NCBI RefSeq assembly: GCF_023585745.1
Contig: NZ_CP097762.1
Span: 210,001 to 242,000, forward strand
Length of the DNA: 32,000 nt
Direction: 5' to 3'
DNA from: Candidatus Saccharimonadota bacterium
GTDB lineage: Bacteria > Pseudomonadota > Gammaproteobacteria > Enterobacterales > Enterobacteriaceae
In this document: one piece after another, positions 1 through 10,230 of the stretch
Layout: each line of letters starts with the position of its first letter
How positions within the stretch are numbered: the stretch's first letter is position 1
Translations under genes and position numbers: made by a program
The notes under the pieces: model-generated
What the model was told of the DNA's origin: nothing
What the model saw: the letters and a program-made list of their open reading frames with translations, nothing else
Database searches by the model: none

Positions 1-481
1 AAAAAAAGGCGAAGATATTGAAAAACTAAGAAAAAATATTGCAAACATTTCAAATGTTCCTACTCAACTTAACATAGCTGAAGTTCGTAAACCAGAATTA
101 GATGCTAAGTTATTAGCAGATAATATTGCATCTCAGTTAGAACGTAGAATTATATTTAGACGTGCAATGAAACGTGTTGTACAAAGCGCTATGCGTTTAG
201 GAGCTAAAGGAATTAAGGTGGAAATAAGTGGTAGATTGAGTGGAGCAGAAATTGCGAGAACCGAATGGTATAGAGAAGGGAGAGTACCATTGCATACTTT
301 ACGTGCCGATATAGATTATGGATTTGCAGAAGCACACACTACATATGGAGTAATTGGAACTAAAGTTTGGGTGTTTAAAGGAGAAATTTTAGGTAATATA
401 CTTTTTACTACCGGATATTTAGAATCTAAATCAATAGATGATAGTAGTATCACTAAATTAAAAAATAAAACTCGTACATAA
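1..481 (+). CDS. rpsC: 30S ribosomal protein S3, 5'-truncated by the window edge (frame begins at nt 2)
   Basis: The frame is open from nt 2. The translation [70 protein letters not shown] is near-identical to E. coli S3. rplP follows, as in the S10 operon. Confidence 0.95.
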   Translation, partial: KKGEDIEKLRKNIANISNVPTQLNIAEVRKPELDAKLLADNIASQLERRIIFRRAMKRVVQSAMRLGAKGIKVEISGRLSGAEIARTEWYREGRVPLHTLRADIDYGFAEAHTTYGVIGTKVWVFKGEILGNILFTTGYLESKSIDDSSITKLKNKTRT

Positions 482-492
482 AAGGCAATATA

Positions 493-900
493 ATGTTATT
501 ACAACCAAAACGCACAAAATTTCGTAAAATGCATAAAGGTCGAAATCGAGGTATTGTAGTAAACGATAAAATTAATTTTGGAGATTTTGCTCTAAAAGCT
601 GTTAGTCGAGGAAGATTGAAATCTTGTCAAATTGAATCTGCGCGTCGTGCAATTAGTAGAGCAATTAAACGTCAAGGAAAAATTTGGATTCGAATATTTC
701 CAGATAAACCTATTACTATTAAACCATTAGAAGTGCGTATGGGTAAAGGTAAAGGTAACGTAGAATATTGGGTATCACTAATACAACCAGGAAAAATTTT
801 ATATGAAATAAATGGAGTATCAAAAGAAATAGCATTTAATGCTTTTAAATTGGGTGCGTCAAAATTGCCAATACAAACCACTCTAATCAGTAAATTATGA
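493..900 (+). CDS. rplP: 50S ribosomal protein L16
   Basis: [47 protein letters not shown] matches E. coli L16 over its full length. Operon position is conserved. Confidence 0.97.
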   Translation: MLLQPKRTKFRKMHKGRNRGIVVNDKINFGDFALKAVSRGRLKSCQIESARRAISRAIKRQGKIWIRIFPDKPITIKPLEVRMGKGKGNVEYWVSLIQPGKILYEINGVSKEIAFNAFKLGASKLPIQTTLISKL

Positions 901-1106
901 AAAATAAAAATAAATTAAAAAAAATATATAATGAAGCTACTAACAATGTTTCATCACAATTAGAATTAATAAATATGTTACGTGAATATTTTAATTTACG
1001 TTTACAATTAAAATCTAACCAATTAAAACAACCGCACTTGTTAAAAAAAGTACGTCGCAATATAGCATCTCTCAAACATTATTTATCTAAAAATAATAAT
1101 ATATAA
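897..1106 (+). CDS. rpmC: 50S ribosomal protein L29
   Basis: ATGA overlap with the rplP stop. The motif [30 protein letters not shown] resembles E. coli L29 ([30 protein letters not shown]). Confidence 0.93.
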   Translation: MKNKNKLKKIYNEATNNVSSQLELINMLREYFNLRLQLKSNQLKQPHLLKKVRRNIASLKHYLSKNNNI

Positions 1107-1128
1107 AATAAAAGAGGTTGTGTATCTT

Positions 1129-1389
1129 ATGATAAAGAAAGTTCGAATCGTTTTGGGTCGTGTTATAAACAATAGAATGCAAAATTCTGCTGTCGTTGCT
1201 GTTGAAAAATTAGTTAAACACAAAAAATATGGAAAATTTGTCAAACATACAACTAAATTACATGTACACGATTCTAATAACGAAGCAAATATTGGCGATA
1301 TTATTGCAGTTAAAGAATGTAGACCTATATCAAAAACAAAATCTTGGATTTTGACATCTATTATTAAAAAATCAAATTTTATTGTTTAG
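1129..1389 (+). CDS. rpsQ: 30S ribosomal protein S17
   Basis: [54 protein letters not shown] matches E. coli S17. I chose ATG 1129, which lies 11 nt after AAGAGG at 1112-1117. The track start at 1120 is a GTG only 2 nt after that SD. Confidence 0.93.
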   Translation: MIKKVRIVLGRVINNRMQNSAVVAVEKLVKHKKYGKFVKHTTKLHVHDSNNEANIGDIIAVKECRPISKTKSWILTSIIKKSNFIV

Positions 1390-1511
1390 TTTTAATATTT
1401 AATTAAAATAACAAATAAATTTATTCCGATAAAAAAGAAATTTAATGATAATTTTTGTAAATAATTAATATTTACATGTTATAAATCCTTTACTATTATG
1501 GAGTATTATGT

Positions 1512-1883
1512 GTGATTCAAGAACGTACTATTTTAGATGTCGCTGATAACTCCGGCGCACGATATGTAATGTGTATTAAAGTTTTAGGTGGATCTGGGCG
1601 TCGTTACGCCAGTATAGGAGATATTATCAAAATCGCTGTTAAAGAAGCTGTACCCAGGGCAAAAGTGAAAAAAGGTGATGTATTAAAAGCAGTAGTAATA
1701 CGTACGAAAAAAGGAATACGACGTTTAGATGGATCTATTATTAGATTTGATAGTAATGCCTGTGTGTTATTAAACGATATAAATTCCCAGCCTGTAGGAA
1801 CTAGGGTTTTTGGTCCTGTAACTCGTGAATTAAGACACGAAAAATTTATGAAAATTGTTTCTTTAGCCCCAGAAGTACTATAA
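1512..1883 (+). CDS. rplN: 50S ribosomal protein L14 (GTG start)
   Basis: (M)[51 protein letters not shown] is collinear with E. coli L14 from residue 1. The codon at 1512 is GTG and the nearby ATG at 1508 is out of frame. The 122-nt spacer after rpsQ is the S10/spc operon boundary. Confidence 0.95.
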   Translation: MIQERTILDVADNSGARYVMCIKVLGGSGRRYASIGDIIKIAVKEAVPRAKVKKGDVLKAVVIRTKKGIRRLDGSIIRFDSNACVLLNDINSQPVGTRVFGPVTRELRHEKFMKIVSLAPEVL

Positions 1884-1898
1884 CGGAGAATAATTAAT

Positions 1899-2219
1899 AT
1901 GGCAGCTGCTAAAATTAAATGTAACGATGAAGTAATAGTTTTAAGCGGAAAAGATAAAGGAAAACGAGGAAAAGTAAAAAAAATTATTTACAATAAAGGT
2001 AAAGCAATAGTAATTGGAATCAATTTGATAAAGAAACACCAAAAACCCATTCCAAATAAACATCAGACAGGAGGAATTCTTGAAAAGGAAGCGCCGATTA
2101 CACTTTCTAATCTTGCAGTGTTTAATCCTGCTTTAAATAAAGCAGATAAAATAAAATTTACAATACGACACGGAAAAAAAATACGTATATTTAAATCTAC
2201 TGGAGATATTGTTAAATAA
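1899..2219 (+). CDS. rplX: 50S ribosomal protein L24
   Basis: [36 protein letters not shown] matches E. coli L24. Confidence 0.96.
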   Translation: MAAAKIKCNDEVIVLSGKDKGKRGKVKKIIYNKGKAIVIGINLIKKHQKPIPNKHQTGGILEKEAPITLSNLAVFNPALNKADKIKFTIRHGKKIRIFKSTGDIVK

Positions 2220-2230
2220 TTGGATTCTAT

Positions 2231-2770
2231 ATGGTTAATTTACATAATTATTACAAAAGTGAAATAGTAAAAGATCTACTTCAAAAGTATCAATATAAAT
2301 CTGTTATGCAGGTCCCAAAAGTTATAAAAGTTACTATTAATATGGGGATAGGAAAAGCTACAACTAATAAAAAATTCCTAGAAAAAGCTATAAAAGATCT
2401 AATGATGATTTCTGGACAAAAACCAATCATCACTAAAGCACATAAATCTATATCTAGTTTCAAAATTCGTAAAGGCCAATCTATAGGTTGCAAAGTAACC
2501 TTACGAAAAACACGTATGTGGGAATTTCTTGAAAGATTTATTTATATTACTATGCCACGTATTAGAGATTTTAGAGGATTATCTCTCCGATCATTTGACG
2601 GAAGAGGAAATTATTCTATTGGAATACATGAACAAATAATTTTCCCAGAAATTGATTACGATACTGTTGATGATATGCGAGGCATGAACATTACTATAAC
2701 TACTAATGCTAATTCTGATAATGAAGCGCATGCTTTATTAAGTTCTCTACATTTTCCGTTTAGAAAATAA
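2231..2770 (+). CDS. rplE: 50S ribosomal protein L5
   Basis: [75 protein letters not shown] matches E. coli L5. Confidence 0.97.
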   Translation: MVNLHNYYKSEIVKDLLQKYQYKSVMQVPKVIKVTINMGIGKATTNKKFLEKAIKDLMMISGQKPIITKAHKSISSFKIRKGQSIGCKVTLRKTRMWEFLERFIYITMPRIRDFRGLSLRSFDGRGNYSIGIHEQIIFPEIDYDTVDDMRGMNITITTNANSDNEAHALLSSLHFPFRK

Positions 2771-2809
2771 TTCTATCACATCTTATATTATAAAAAAGAA
2801 CAATAAATT

Positions 2810-3115
2810 ATGACTAAAAAATCTATAAAAGCACGTGAAGCCAAACGTGTTAAATTAGTAAAAAAATATTACAAAAAACGTATTACATTAAAAAAACTTA
2901 TTGTTAATCAGCTAGTTTCTGAAGATGAACGTTGGAATGCTGTATTAAAACTACAAACTTTACCGAGAGATTCCAGTCCATCAAGGCGTAGAAATCGTTG
3001 TAACCACACCGGACGTCCTCATGCTTTTTTGAGAAAATTCGGATTAAGTCGTATGAAAATACGAGAAGCTGCTATGCGAGGAGAAATACCTGGCTTGAGA
3101 AAAGCAAGTTGGTAA
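2810..3115 (+). CDS. rpsN: 30S ribosomal protein S14
   Basis: [57 protein letters not shown] is almost identical to E. coli S14. Confidence 0.97.
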   Translation: MTKKSIKAREAKRVKLVKKYYKKRITLKKLIVNQLVSEDERWNAVLKLQTLPRDSSPSRRRNRCNHTGRPHAFLRKFGLSRMKIREAAMRGEIPGLRKASW

Positions 3116-3169
3116 TATAAAAAACATTACTATTATACTATACAATTTATTTTATATTATGGAGTTATA

Positions 3170-3565
3170 ATGAGCATGCAAGATCCAATTGCAGATATGC
3201 TGACTGCAATACGTAATGGGCAAATTTCTAAAAAAGAAAAAATTTTTGTACCATCGTCCAAAATAAAAATAGCAATAGCTAATGTCTTAGTTGAAGAGGG
3301 TTTTATAAAAAAGTATAATACACATGATAATGTCAAACCAATATTAGAAATATTTTTAAAATATTTTTACAAAAAAAGACCTGTCATAGACAAAATATTA
3401 CGTGTCAGTCGACCCGGATTACGAATATATAAAAAATATAAGGATTTACCTAAAGTAATATCTGGTATGGGGATCGCTATTATTTCTACTTCTAAAGGCG
3501 TTCTAACAGATAAAAAAGCCCGGCAGTTTAAAATAGGTGGGGAGATTATATGTTATGTTTTATAA
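3170..3565 (+). CDS. rpsH: 30S ribosomal protein S8
   Basis: [35 protein letters not shown] matches E. coli S8. A GGAG SD lies upstream. Confidence 0.97.
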   Translation: MSMQDPIADMLTAIRNGQISKKEKIFVPSSKIKIAIANVLVEEGFIKKYNTHDNVKPILEIFLKYFYKKRPVIDKILRVSRPGLRIYKKYKDLPKVISGMGIAIISTSKGVLTDKKARQFKIGGEIICYVL

Positions 3566-4118
3566 TATAAAAAATAATACCGAACTACGCACATATAATA
3601 TTGTAATTCCTACACCAAATAATTTAACAATAAAATTAAAAAATTGTAGTATTTTTATTACCGGAGTGCTTGGTACTTTACAACACACATTAAATAAGTC
3701 AGTTTCTATTAAATTAGATGAAAAAAAAAATATCTTATTATGTACCAAACAAACGAATTATAAAAATAAGGCTTTAATAGGTACAACACGAGCTATTATC
3801 AATAATATGATTATTGGAGTAGAGACAGGATTTAGTAAAACTTTACAACTAACAGGAATAGGGTATCGTGTAACAATAGAAAATAACATAGTAAAATTAC
3901 TAGTAGGATTATCCCACGCTATCAATTATAAATTACCAATTGGTATTATAGCAACTTGTCCAAATACAACCGAAATAACATTAAAGGGTATAAATAAACA
4001 ACTTGTTGGGCAAACTGCCGCAAATTTAAGAGCATTAAGACCGCCTGAACCTTTCAAAGGAAAAGGTATTCGTTATAGTGATGAAATAGTATACAATAAA
4101 GATACTAAAAAAAGATAA
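3555..4118 (+). CDS. rplF: 50S ribosomal protein L6
   Basis: [79 protein letters not shown] matches E. coli L6. I chose ATG 3555, 10 nt after GGGGAG at 3539-3544 inside the rpsH 3' end, giving an 11-nt overlap with rpsH. The track start at 3537 is a GTG. The N-terminal ~15 aa are not alignable to E. coli, so the start is uncertain. Confidence 0.88.
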   Translation: MFYNIKNNTELRTYNIVIPTPNNLTIKLKNCSIFITGVLGTLQHTLNKSVSIKLDEKKNILLCTKQTNYKNKALIGTTRAIINNMIIGVETGFSKTLQLTGIGYRVTIENNIVKLLVGLSHAINYKLPIGIIATCPNTTEITLKGINKQLVGQTAANLRALRPPEPFKGKGIRYSDEIVYNKDTKKR

Positions 4119-4146
4119 TTATTATTTGTTGAGAATTATATATTTT

Positions 4147-4506
4147 ATGAATAAAAAAAATGCTCGAATTAAACGAGCAAAAAAAACAAGAAAAAAATTA
4201 TGTAAATTAGATGTCACTAGATTGGCAGTATACAGAACCTCTAGGCATATTTATGCACAGATAATTTCAAAAGATAATTCAAAAACATTAGTAGCAGCAT
4301 CTACTATGGAACAAGCAATATCAAAACAATTACATAATAGTAATACTGGAAATAAAAATGCTGCAGCTATAGTAGGACAAAAAATTGCAGAACGTGCAAT
4401 AAAAAAAGGTATTATTGATGTATCTTTTGATCGTTCTGGATTTAAGTATCATGGAAGAATTAAAATGTTAGCAGATTCTGCTAGAAAGTTTGGATTAAAA
4501 TTTTAA
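4147..4506 (+). CDS. rplR: 50S ribosomal protein L18
   Basis: [62 protein letters not shown] is collinear with E. coli L18 from MDKKSARIRRA. The track start at 4126 is a TTG, 7 codons upstream. Confidence 0.94.
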   Translation: MNKKNARIKRAKKTRKKLCKLDVTRLAVYRTSRHIYAQIISKDNSKTLVAASTMEQAISKQLHNSNTGNKNAAAIVGQKIAERAIKKGIIDVSFDRSGFKYHGRIKMLADSARKFGLKF

Positions 4507-4525
4507 AAATACAAAAGGATATAAT

Positions 4526-5029
4526 ATGAAATATACTGAAAAACAATCTAGTGAATTACAAGAAAAATTAATTACTGTAAATAGAGTTTCTAAAACAGTT
4601 AAAGGCGGACGTGTATTTAGTTTCACAGCTTTAACTGTAGTCGGAGATACTAATGGACGAGTGGGATTTGGATATGGTAAAGCTCGTGAAGTTCCATCAG
4701 CTATACAGAAATCTATGGAAAAAGCTCGTCGTAATATAGTAGTTATTCCCTTATATAAAGGCACTTTACAATATGCAGTAAAAGGAACGCATACAGGATC
4801 CCATATTTATATGCAACCTGCATCTGAAGGCACTGGAATTATTGCTGGTACCACAATGCGCGCTATACTAGAAGTAGTGGGAATACATAATGTATTAACA
4901 AAAGCTTATGGTTCTACTAATCCTATTAATATAGTACGTGCAACTATGAAAGCGCTAAAAACTATGATGTCACCAAAAATAATTGCAGAAAAACGAGGCA
5001 AATCTATTAAAGAAATTTTAGGTTATTAA
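4526..5029 (+). CDS. rpsE: 30S ribosomal protein S5
   Basis: [82 protein letters not shown] matches E. coli S5. Confidence 0.97.
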   Translation: MKYTEKQSSELQEKLITVNRVSKTVKGGRVFSFTALTVVGDTNGRVGFGYGKAREVPSAIQKSMEKARRNIVVIPLYKGTLQYAVKGTHTGSHIYMQPASEGTGIIAGTTMRAILEVVGIHNVLTKAYGSTNPINIVRATMKALKTMMSPKIIAEKRGKSIKEILGY

Positions 5030-5038
5030 ATAATAATT

Positions 5039-5218
5039 ATGTTAAAAACTATTAAAATTACTCAGATTAAAAGTTCTATTGGTTGTAAACCAAAGCATAA
5101 AGCAACTCTGCGCGGATTGGGATTATCTCATATTGGAGATACCGTTAAAAGAACTGATACCCCTGAAATTCGAGGTATGATTAAACTGGTGTATTATATG
5201 ATTAAAATGGAGAAATAA
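5039..5218 (+). CDS. rpmD: 50S ribosomal protein L30 (59 aa, below the ORF-track size cutoff)
   Basis: Hand translation gives [60 protein letters not shown]. coli L30 is [59 protein letters not shown]. It sits in the expected rpsE-rpmD-rplO position. Confidence 0.93.
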   Translation: MLKTIKITQIKSSIGCKPKHKATLRGLGLSHIGDTVKRTDTPEIRGMIKLVYYMIKMEK

Positions 5219-5224
5219 ATTGTT

Positions 5225-5671
5225 ATGTATCTTAATACTCTCTATCCTGCTATAGGAGCAAAACACAAAACTAAACGAATATGTCGCGGAATAGGGTCTG
5301 GTTTAGGAAAAACAGGAGGCAGAGGACATAAAGGACAAAAATCTCGTTCTGGAGGAAGAATACATATTGGATTTGAAGGAGGTCAAACACCTTTATATCG
5401 TAGATTGCCAAAATTTGGGTTTTCTTCACTTAAATCTACTATAACTCAAGAAATTAAATTATCTAATCTTTCTAAGATTAAAGATAAAATAATTGATTTA
5501 CATGCTCTGAAAAAACATAAAGTTATAAAAAAAAATACAAAGTTTGTAAAAATTATAATGTCTAAAAAATCTATTAAATTTCCTGTTGTAATATGTAATT
5601 TACGAATTAGTAAAGGAGCAAAAATGGCTATATATGCAGCAGGGGGCAAAATTCAAGGAGAAATTAATTGA
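5225..5671 (+). CDS. rplO: 50S ribosomal protein L15
   Basis: LNTL.PA.G.K...[26 protein letters not shown]...[18 protein letters not shown] matches E. coli L15. Confidence 0.96.
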   Translation: MYLNTLYPAIGAKHKTKRICRGIGSGLGKTGGRGHKGQKSRSGGRIHIGFEGGQTPLYRRLPKFGFSSLKSTITQEIKLSNLSKIKDKIIDLHALKKHKVIKKNTKFVKIIMSKKSIKFPVVICNLRISKGAKMAIYAAGGKIQGEIN

Positions 5672-5672
5672 A

Positions 5673-7019
5673 ATGATTACAATTACTAATAAACGACGCG
5701 CTTCATCCACCTTTCACAGTATTAAAGGTAGTTTTCATGAATTAAAACGCAGAGTAATATTTGTAATTGGAGCTTTGATTATTTTCAGAATTGGATCGTT
5801 TATTCCAATACCTGGCGTAGATTTAATTATCTTATCAAAAATTTTAGAACAACAACAAGGCACAATTATTGACATGTTCAATATGTTTTCCGGAGGTTCA
5901 TTAAGTCGTGCTTCTATTTTCAGCTTAGGAATTATGCCATATATTTCAGCTTCAATAATTATACAATTGTTAGCAACAATACATCCAACTCTAATAGAAA
6001 TTAAAAAAGAAGGTGAAAGCGGCAGAAGAATCATTAATCAGTATATTCGTTATGGTACTTTAATATTAGGAATATTACAATCAATTGGAATTGTAACAAC
6101 TTTACCGAGAGTGTCAGGGTTAGTTATTGATCCAGGTTTTTCTTTTTATTGTATAGCAATCATTAGTTTAGTATGTGGTACTGTGTTCCTAATGTGGTTA
6201 GGAGATCAAATCACTAATAAAGGTATAGGAAATGGCATATCAGTTATTATTTTTTCTGGAATTGTTGCCGGATTACCTGCAGCAATAGGACAAACTATAG
6301 AACAAATAAGACAAGGAGCATTACATTCTTTAATGTTAGTGTTAATTAGCGTTTTGATATTTATTATTACTTTTTTTGTTGTATTTATGGAAAAAGGACA
6401 ACGTTGTATTTTAGTGCATTATGCTAAACGTCAACAAGGACGTCGTATCTACGCTGCTCAAAGTACACACTTACCACTGAAAGTTAACATGGCTGGAGTT
6501 ATTCCAGCAATCTTTGCTTCCAGTATAATCCTGTTTCCAGGCACTATTATTTCTTGGTTTGGTAACAGCACTCATTGGAGATGGTTAAATATCATATCTG
6601 TATATTTACAACCTGGTCAACCATTATATATTTTACTCTACGCAACAGCTATAATGTTTTTTTGTTTTTTTTACACATCCTTAGTATTTAATCCCAAAGA
6701 AACAGCAGATAATCTAAAAAAATCGGGTGCATTTTTATCAGGAATAAGACCAGGAGAACAAACTGCAAAATACATTAATAAAATAATCACACGTTTAACT
6801 TTAATTGGTGCCATATATATCACATTTATTTGCTTAGTTCCAGAATTTATGCGAATTACCATGCAAGTGCCTTTTTATTTTGGTGGAACATCTTTACTCA
6901 TTGTTGTGGTAGTGATTATGGATTTCATGACTCAAATACAAACATTAATTATGTCTAGTCAATATGACTCTGTATTAAAAAAAGCTCATTTAAAAAATTA
7001 TAAAAACTATAATGAATAA
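5673..7019 (+). CDS. secY: Protein translocase subunit SecY
   Basis: [116 protein letters not shown] matches E. coli SecY. I chose ATG 5673, preceded by AAGGAG at 5655-5660 and 1 nt after the rplO stop. The track start at 5634 lies inside rplO. Confidence 0.96.
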   Translation: MITITNKRRASSTFHSIKGSFHELKRRVIFVIGALIIFRIGSFIPIPGVDLIILSKILEQQQGTIIDMFNMFSGGSLSRASIFSLGIMPYISASIIIQLLATIHPTLIEIKKEGESGRRIINQYIRYGTLILGILQSIGIVTTLPRVSGLVIDPGFSFYCIAIISLVCGTVFLMWLGDQITNKGIGNGISVIIFSGIVAGLPAAIGQTIEQIRQGALHSLMLVLISVLIFIITFFVVFMEKGQRCILVHYAKRQQGRRIYAAQSTHLPLKVNMAGVIPAIFASSIILFPGTIISWFGNSTHWRWLNIISVYLQPGQPLYILLYATAIMFFCFFYTSLVFNPKETADNLKKSGAFLSGIRPGEQTAKYINKIITRLTLIGAIYITFICLVPEFMRITMQVPFYFGGTSLLIVVVVIMDFMTQIQTLIMSSQYDSVLKKAHLKNYKNYNE

Positions 7020-7050
7020 AATTTTTATTAAAAATGCATATGAGGTGATT

Positions 7051-7167
7051 ATGAAAGTACGCGCATCAGTGAAAAAATTATGTCATCATTGTGAAATAAT
7101 AAAAAGACACAACGTAGTTCGTATAGTATGTCGCGTAGATAAAAAACATAAACAAAGACAAGGTTAA
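7051..7167 (+). CDS. rpmJ: 50S ribosomal protein L36 (38 aa, below the ORF-track cutoff)
   Basis: Hand translation gives [39 protein letters not shown]. coli L36 is [38 protein letters not shown]. The C-x2-C..C..H zinc ligands are kept and a GAGG SD sits at 7042-7045. Confidence 0.94.
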   Translation: MKVRASVKKLCHHCEIIKRHNVVRIVCRVDKKHKQRQG

Positions 7168-7235
7168 TCTTTACTTTAAATCATACTATCTTTAAATATA
7201 TTAATAAAAATATTGAAAACAGAAGGAGCATATCA

Positions 7236-7595
7236 GTGGTACGTATAGCAGGAGTTAATGTTCCTGATAAAAAACATGTAATTATTGCATTGATGTCTAT
7301 TTATGGTATAGGAAAATCACGTGCTCGTTCAATTTGTTTACACACAGGAATAAATGAAAATACACAATTATGTCAATTATCTGAAATATACATAGATAAA
7401 TTAAGAAATGCAGTAGACAAATATGTAGTAGAAGGAGATTTACGACGTGAAATTACTTTAAAAATTAAACGTTTGATAGATTTAGGTACTTACAGAGGCT
7501 CTCGTCATCGTCGGCATTTACCAGTAAGAGGACAAAGAACTAGAACAAATGCTAAAACTTGTAAAGGACCACGTAGTAGATTAGTAAATAAATAA
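7236..7595 (+). CDS. rpsM: 30S ribosomal protein S13 (GTG start)
   Basis: (M)[36 protein letters not shown]...[30 protein letters not shown] is collinear with E. coli S13 from residue 1. The GTG at 7236 lies 7 nt after AGGAG at 7224-7228. Confidence 0.95.
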   Translation: MVRIAGVNVPDKKHVIIALMSIYGIGKSRARSICLHTGINENTQLCQLSEIYIDKLRNAVDKYVVEGDLRREITLKIKRLIDLGTYRGSRHRRHLPVRGQRTRTNAKTCKGPRSRLVNK

Positions 7596-7638
7596 TTAAA
7601 TAAATCTCTAATAAACATAACAAAACAGAAATATAAAA

Positions 7639-8034
7639 ATGATCAAATCATCTAACGTAAGAACACGAAATCGAAAAATCATAAAACAAATTATAGACGG
7701 TGTAGCACATATACATGCATCATTTAATAACACGATCATTACTATCAGTGATAAACAGGGTAATACTCTCGGTTGGACAACAGCTGGTGGTTCAGGATTT
7801 CGTGGGTCTCGTAAATCTACTCCATTTGCTGCTCAAATAGCAGCGGAAAAGTGCGCTGAAATAGTTAAAGAGTATGGAATAAAAAATTTAGAAGTTATGA
7901 TAAAAGGACCTGGACCTGGCAGAGAATCGGCAATACGCGCATTAAATACAGCAGGATTTCATATAATCAGTATTACTGATGTTACTCCCATTCCTCATAA
8001 TGGTTGTCGTCCTTCTAAAAAACGTCGTGTGTAA
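7639..8034 (+). CDS. rpsK: 30S ribosomal protein S11
   Basis: [96 protein letters not shown] matches E. coli S11. Confidence 0.97.
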   Translation: MIKSSNVRTRNRKIIKQIIDGVAHIHASFNNTIITISDKQGNTLGWTTAGGSGFRGSRKSTPFAAQIAAEKCAEIVKEYGIKNLEVMIKGPGPGRESAIRALNTAGFHIISITDVTPIPHNGCRPSKKRRV

Positions 8035-8082
8035 TTCTATTATATCCCATATGAACTAACTTTTCAAAGGAAACAAAATTTT

Positions 8083-8706
8083 ATGGCAAAATATCTAAAA
8101 CCTAAATTAAAATTAAGCCGTCGTGAGGGTACTGATTTATTTTTGAAATCTGGTATTCGACCGATTGATTCCAAATGTAAACTTGAAAAAATTCCAGGAC
8201 AACATAATACACGTAAGTCTCGATTTTCAGATTACGGAATGCAACTAAGAGAAAAACAAAAAGTTAAACGTATATATGGTATATTAGAACGTCAATTTTC
8301 TAAATATTATAGACATGCCGCTCGCATCAAAGGTAATACGGGAGAAAATTTATTAAGATTACTAGAAAGCAGATTAGATAATGTTGTATATCGTATGGGT
8401 TTTGGGGCAACGCGCGCTGAAGCGCGCCAAATAGTAAATCATAAAAGTGTAATAGTGAACAATACCATTGTGAATATAGCCTCTTATCAAGTTTTACCCA
8501 ATACTACTATTAAAATACGTGAAAAATCACATAAACAATCTAGAATTCATGCTGCTTTAGACCTTGCGGAGCAACAGCGAGAACAATCAGCTTGGATTGA
8601 AGTAAATAAAAAAATCTTACAAGGGATATTTGTACGATATCCAGAACGTAATGAATTATCTGCAGATATAGATGAACATTTAATTATTGAATTATATTCA
8701 AAATAA
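8083..8706 (+). CDS. rpsD: 30S ribosomal protein S4
   Basis: [28 protein letters not shown]......[29 protein letters not shown] matches E. coli S4. Confidence 0.97.
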   Translation: MAKYLKPKLKLSRREGTDLFLKSGIRPIDSKCKLEKIPGQHNTRKSRFSDYGMQLREKQKVKRIYGILERQFSKYYRHAARIKGNTGENLLRLLESRLDNVVYRMGFGATRAEARQIVNHKSVIVNNTIVNIASYQVLPNTTIKIREKSHKQSRIHAALDLAEQQREQSAWIEVNKKILQGIFVRYPERNELSADIDEHLIIELYSK

Positions 8707-8737
8707 AAAAATTCACTAAAATATAAGAGATATAATA

Positions 8738-9736
8738 ATGCCAAATTCTTTTACAGAATTTTTAAAACCACGTTTAGTAAATGTTGAACAAATTAGCAAA
8801 ACACATTCCAAAATTACATTAGAGCCATTAGAAAGAGGCTTTGGGCATACATTAGGTAATGCTTTACGTCGAATATTACTATCTTCCATGCCTGGATACG
8901 CTGTAACAGAAGTAGAAATAGATGGTATATTACACGAATATAGCACTAAAGAAGGTATACGAGAAGATATTTTAGAAATTTTACTAAATTTAAAGAAATT
9001 AGCTATTAAAATAGAAGGAAAAGATAATGTAACTTTACATCTAAATAAATCTGGCATAGGTACTGTGTTAGCAAATGATATTATATGTGATGATAGTAAT
9101 ATCAAAATTATTACACCAAATCACGTAATTTGTCATATAACTGATGACAATACATCTATAAACATGCATATTAAAGTACAACATGGGCGAGGTTATGTGC
9201 CTGCTTCTTCTAGATTTCATCCTGACACTGATAATACGATACCGATCGGTCGGTTATTATTAGATGCATGTTATAGTCCAGTTTTAAGAATTTCTTATAC
9301 AGTAGAATCTGCTCGGGTTGAACAACGCACCGATTTAGATAAACTAATTATTGATATGGAAACGAATGGCACTATAGAACCGGAAGAAGCTATAAAGAGA
9401 GCAGCTACTATCTTATCAGAACAACTTGAAGCTTTTATTGACTTAAAAGATACACAAAAACCGGAACACCAAGAAGAAAAACCAGAATTTGACCCGATAC
9501 TATTAAGATTAGTAGATGATTTAGAACTTACGGTACGTTCTGCTAATTGCTTAAAAGCAGAATCTATTCATTATATTGGAGATTTAGTGCAACGCACAGA
9601 AGTCGAACTTCTTAAAACTCCTAATTTAGGAAAAAAATCTTTGACAGAAATAAAAGACATATTAGCTGCTCGTGGATTATCACTAGGAATGCATTTAGAT
9701 AATTGGCCCCCAAAAAATATTGCAGATACTCAATAA
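8738..9736 (+). CDS. rpoA: DNA-directed RNA polymerase subunit alpha
   Basis: [71 protein letters not shown] and the C-terminal [61 protein letters not shown] are near-identical to E. coli RpoA. Confidence 0.98.
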   Translation: MPNSFTEFLKPRLVNVEQISKTHSKITLEPLERGFGHTLGNALRRILLSSMPGYAVTEVEIDGILHEYSTKEGIREDILEILLNLKKLAIKIEGKDNVTLHLNKSGIGTVLANDIICDDSNIKIITPNHVICHITDDNTSINMHIKVQHGRGYVPASSRFHPDTDNTIPIGRLLLDACYSPVLRISYTVESARVEQRTDLDKLIIDMETNGTIEPEEAIKRAATILSEQLEAFIDLKDTQKPEHQEEKPEFDPILLRLVDDLELTVRSANCLKAESIHYIGDLVQRTEVELLKTPNLGKKSLTEIKDILAARGLSLGMHLDNWPPKNIADTQ

Positions 9737-9779
9737 AATTACTATAAATAATCTATCTTAAATATATAGAGAATCTATT

Positions 9780-10169
9780 ATGCGTCACAGAAAAAATCGT
9801 TTTAAATTTAACAGAACTTATACTCATCGTAAATCTATGTTTAGAAATATGATGAATTCATTAATATTTCATCACATAATAAAAACTACTTTACATAAAG
9901 CCAAAGCATTACGCAGCCATATTGAACCATTAATAACACGCGGTAAAATAGATACTGTTTTTAATCGTCGATTAATCTTTTCTAAAATCAGAAATAATAA
10001 TGCTGTTACAAAATTATTTACACAAATAAGCCCGCATTTCTTTAATAGATCAGGAGGATACACTCGTATTTTAAAATGTGGATCACGCAAAGGGGACAAT
10101 GCGCCAATGGCATATATTGAATTAGTTGAACGTTCTAAATTTTCAATAAATAAAAATAATAAGAATTAA
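9780..10169 (+). CDS. rplQ: 50S ribosomal protein L17
   Basis: MRHRK.....NR...HRK.MFRNM..SL..HE-like N-terminus, then [22 protein letters not shown]. It is the last gene of the alpha operon, as in E. coli. Confidence 0.95.
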   Translation: MRHRKNRFKFNRTYTHRKSMFRNMMNSLIFHHIIKTTLHKAKALRSHIEPLITRGKIDTVFNRRLIFSKIRNNNAVTKLFTQISPHFFNRSGGYTRILKCGSRKGDNAPMAYIELVERSKFSINKNNKN

Positions 10170-10230
10170 TAAAAAGTTTTCTAATTTTATTGAGAAAAAC
10201 ATTTAAAAATCTTATACTTTAAATATTGTT

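Noticed and set aside
1120-1128. Longer N-terminal extensions proposed by the ORF track: rpsQ GTG 1120, rplF GTG 3537, rplR TTG 4126, secY ATG 5634, ahpC TTG 17824, yajR TTG 30289.
   Set aside because: Most extensions begin at a non-ATG codon, and the secY one overlaps the upstream gene. Each adds residues absent from the E. coli orthologue. For rpsQ, rplF, secY and ahpC a downstream ATG has an SD-like motif at proper spacing and restores the orthologue-length N-terminus. For rplR the SD-like motif is weak, and yajR has no SD at all; those two rest on the ATG and orthologue length.
1390-1511. Specific -35/-10 assignment for the spc-operon promoter in the rpsQ-rplN spacer, and for the alpha-operon promoter at 7168-7235.
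   Set aside because: The candidate hexamers (TTGTAA 1455-1460 with TATAAA 1480-1485; TTACTT 7171-7176 with AAATAT 7194-7199) have a non-optimal spacer or poor -10 match. Comparable matches are abundant in this composition. Operon boundaries are plausible by analogy with E. coli, but the sites are not supportable from sequence alone.
8716-9105. 129-aa ORF on the minus strand inside rpoA, the longest unassigned ORF in the track.
   Set aside because: It lies entirely antisense to the most conserved part of rpoA. It has no SD, its composition is typical of shadow frames in AT-rich DNA, and it resembles no protein I know. The same reasoning applies to the other antisense track ORFs: 672-881, 887-1075, 2290-2493, 3560-3748, 4495-4764, 5446-5649, 5735-6034, 6671-6862, 8547-8744, 9872-10099, 10856-11059, 12739-12966, 14801-15034, 15320-15502, 17257-17481, 25028-25222, 25915-26106 and 31093-31314.
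10170-10230. Possible terminator hairpin GTTTTCT..AGAAAAAC between the convergent rplQ and fmt.
   Set aside because: The stem is only about 7 bp with a bulge and a 10-nt loop, is nearly all A/T, and has no clear U-tract. It is too weak to call. The same applies to TATCTC/GAGATA at 20371-20390 after yajC.
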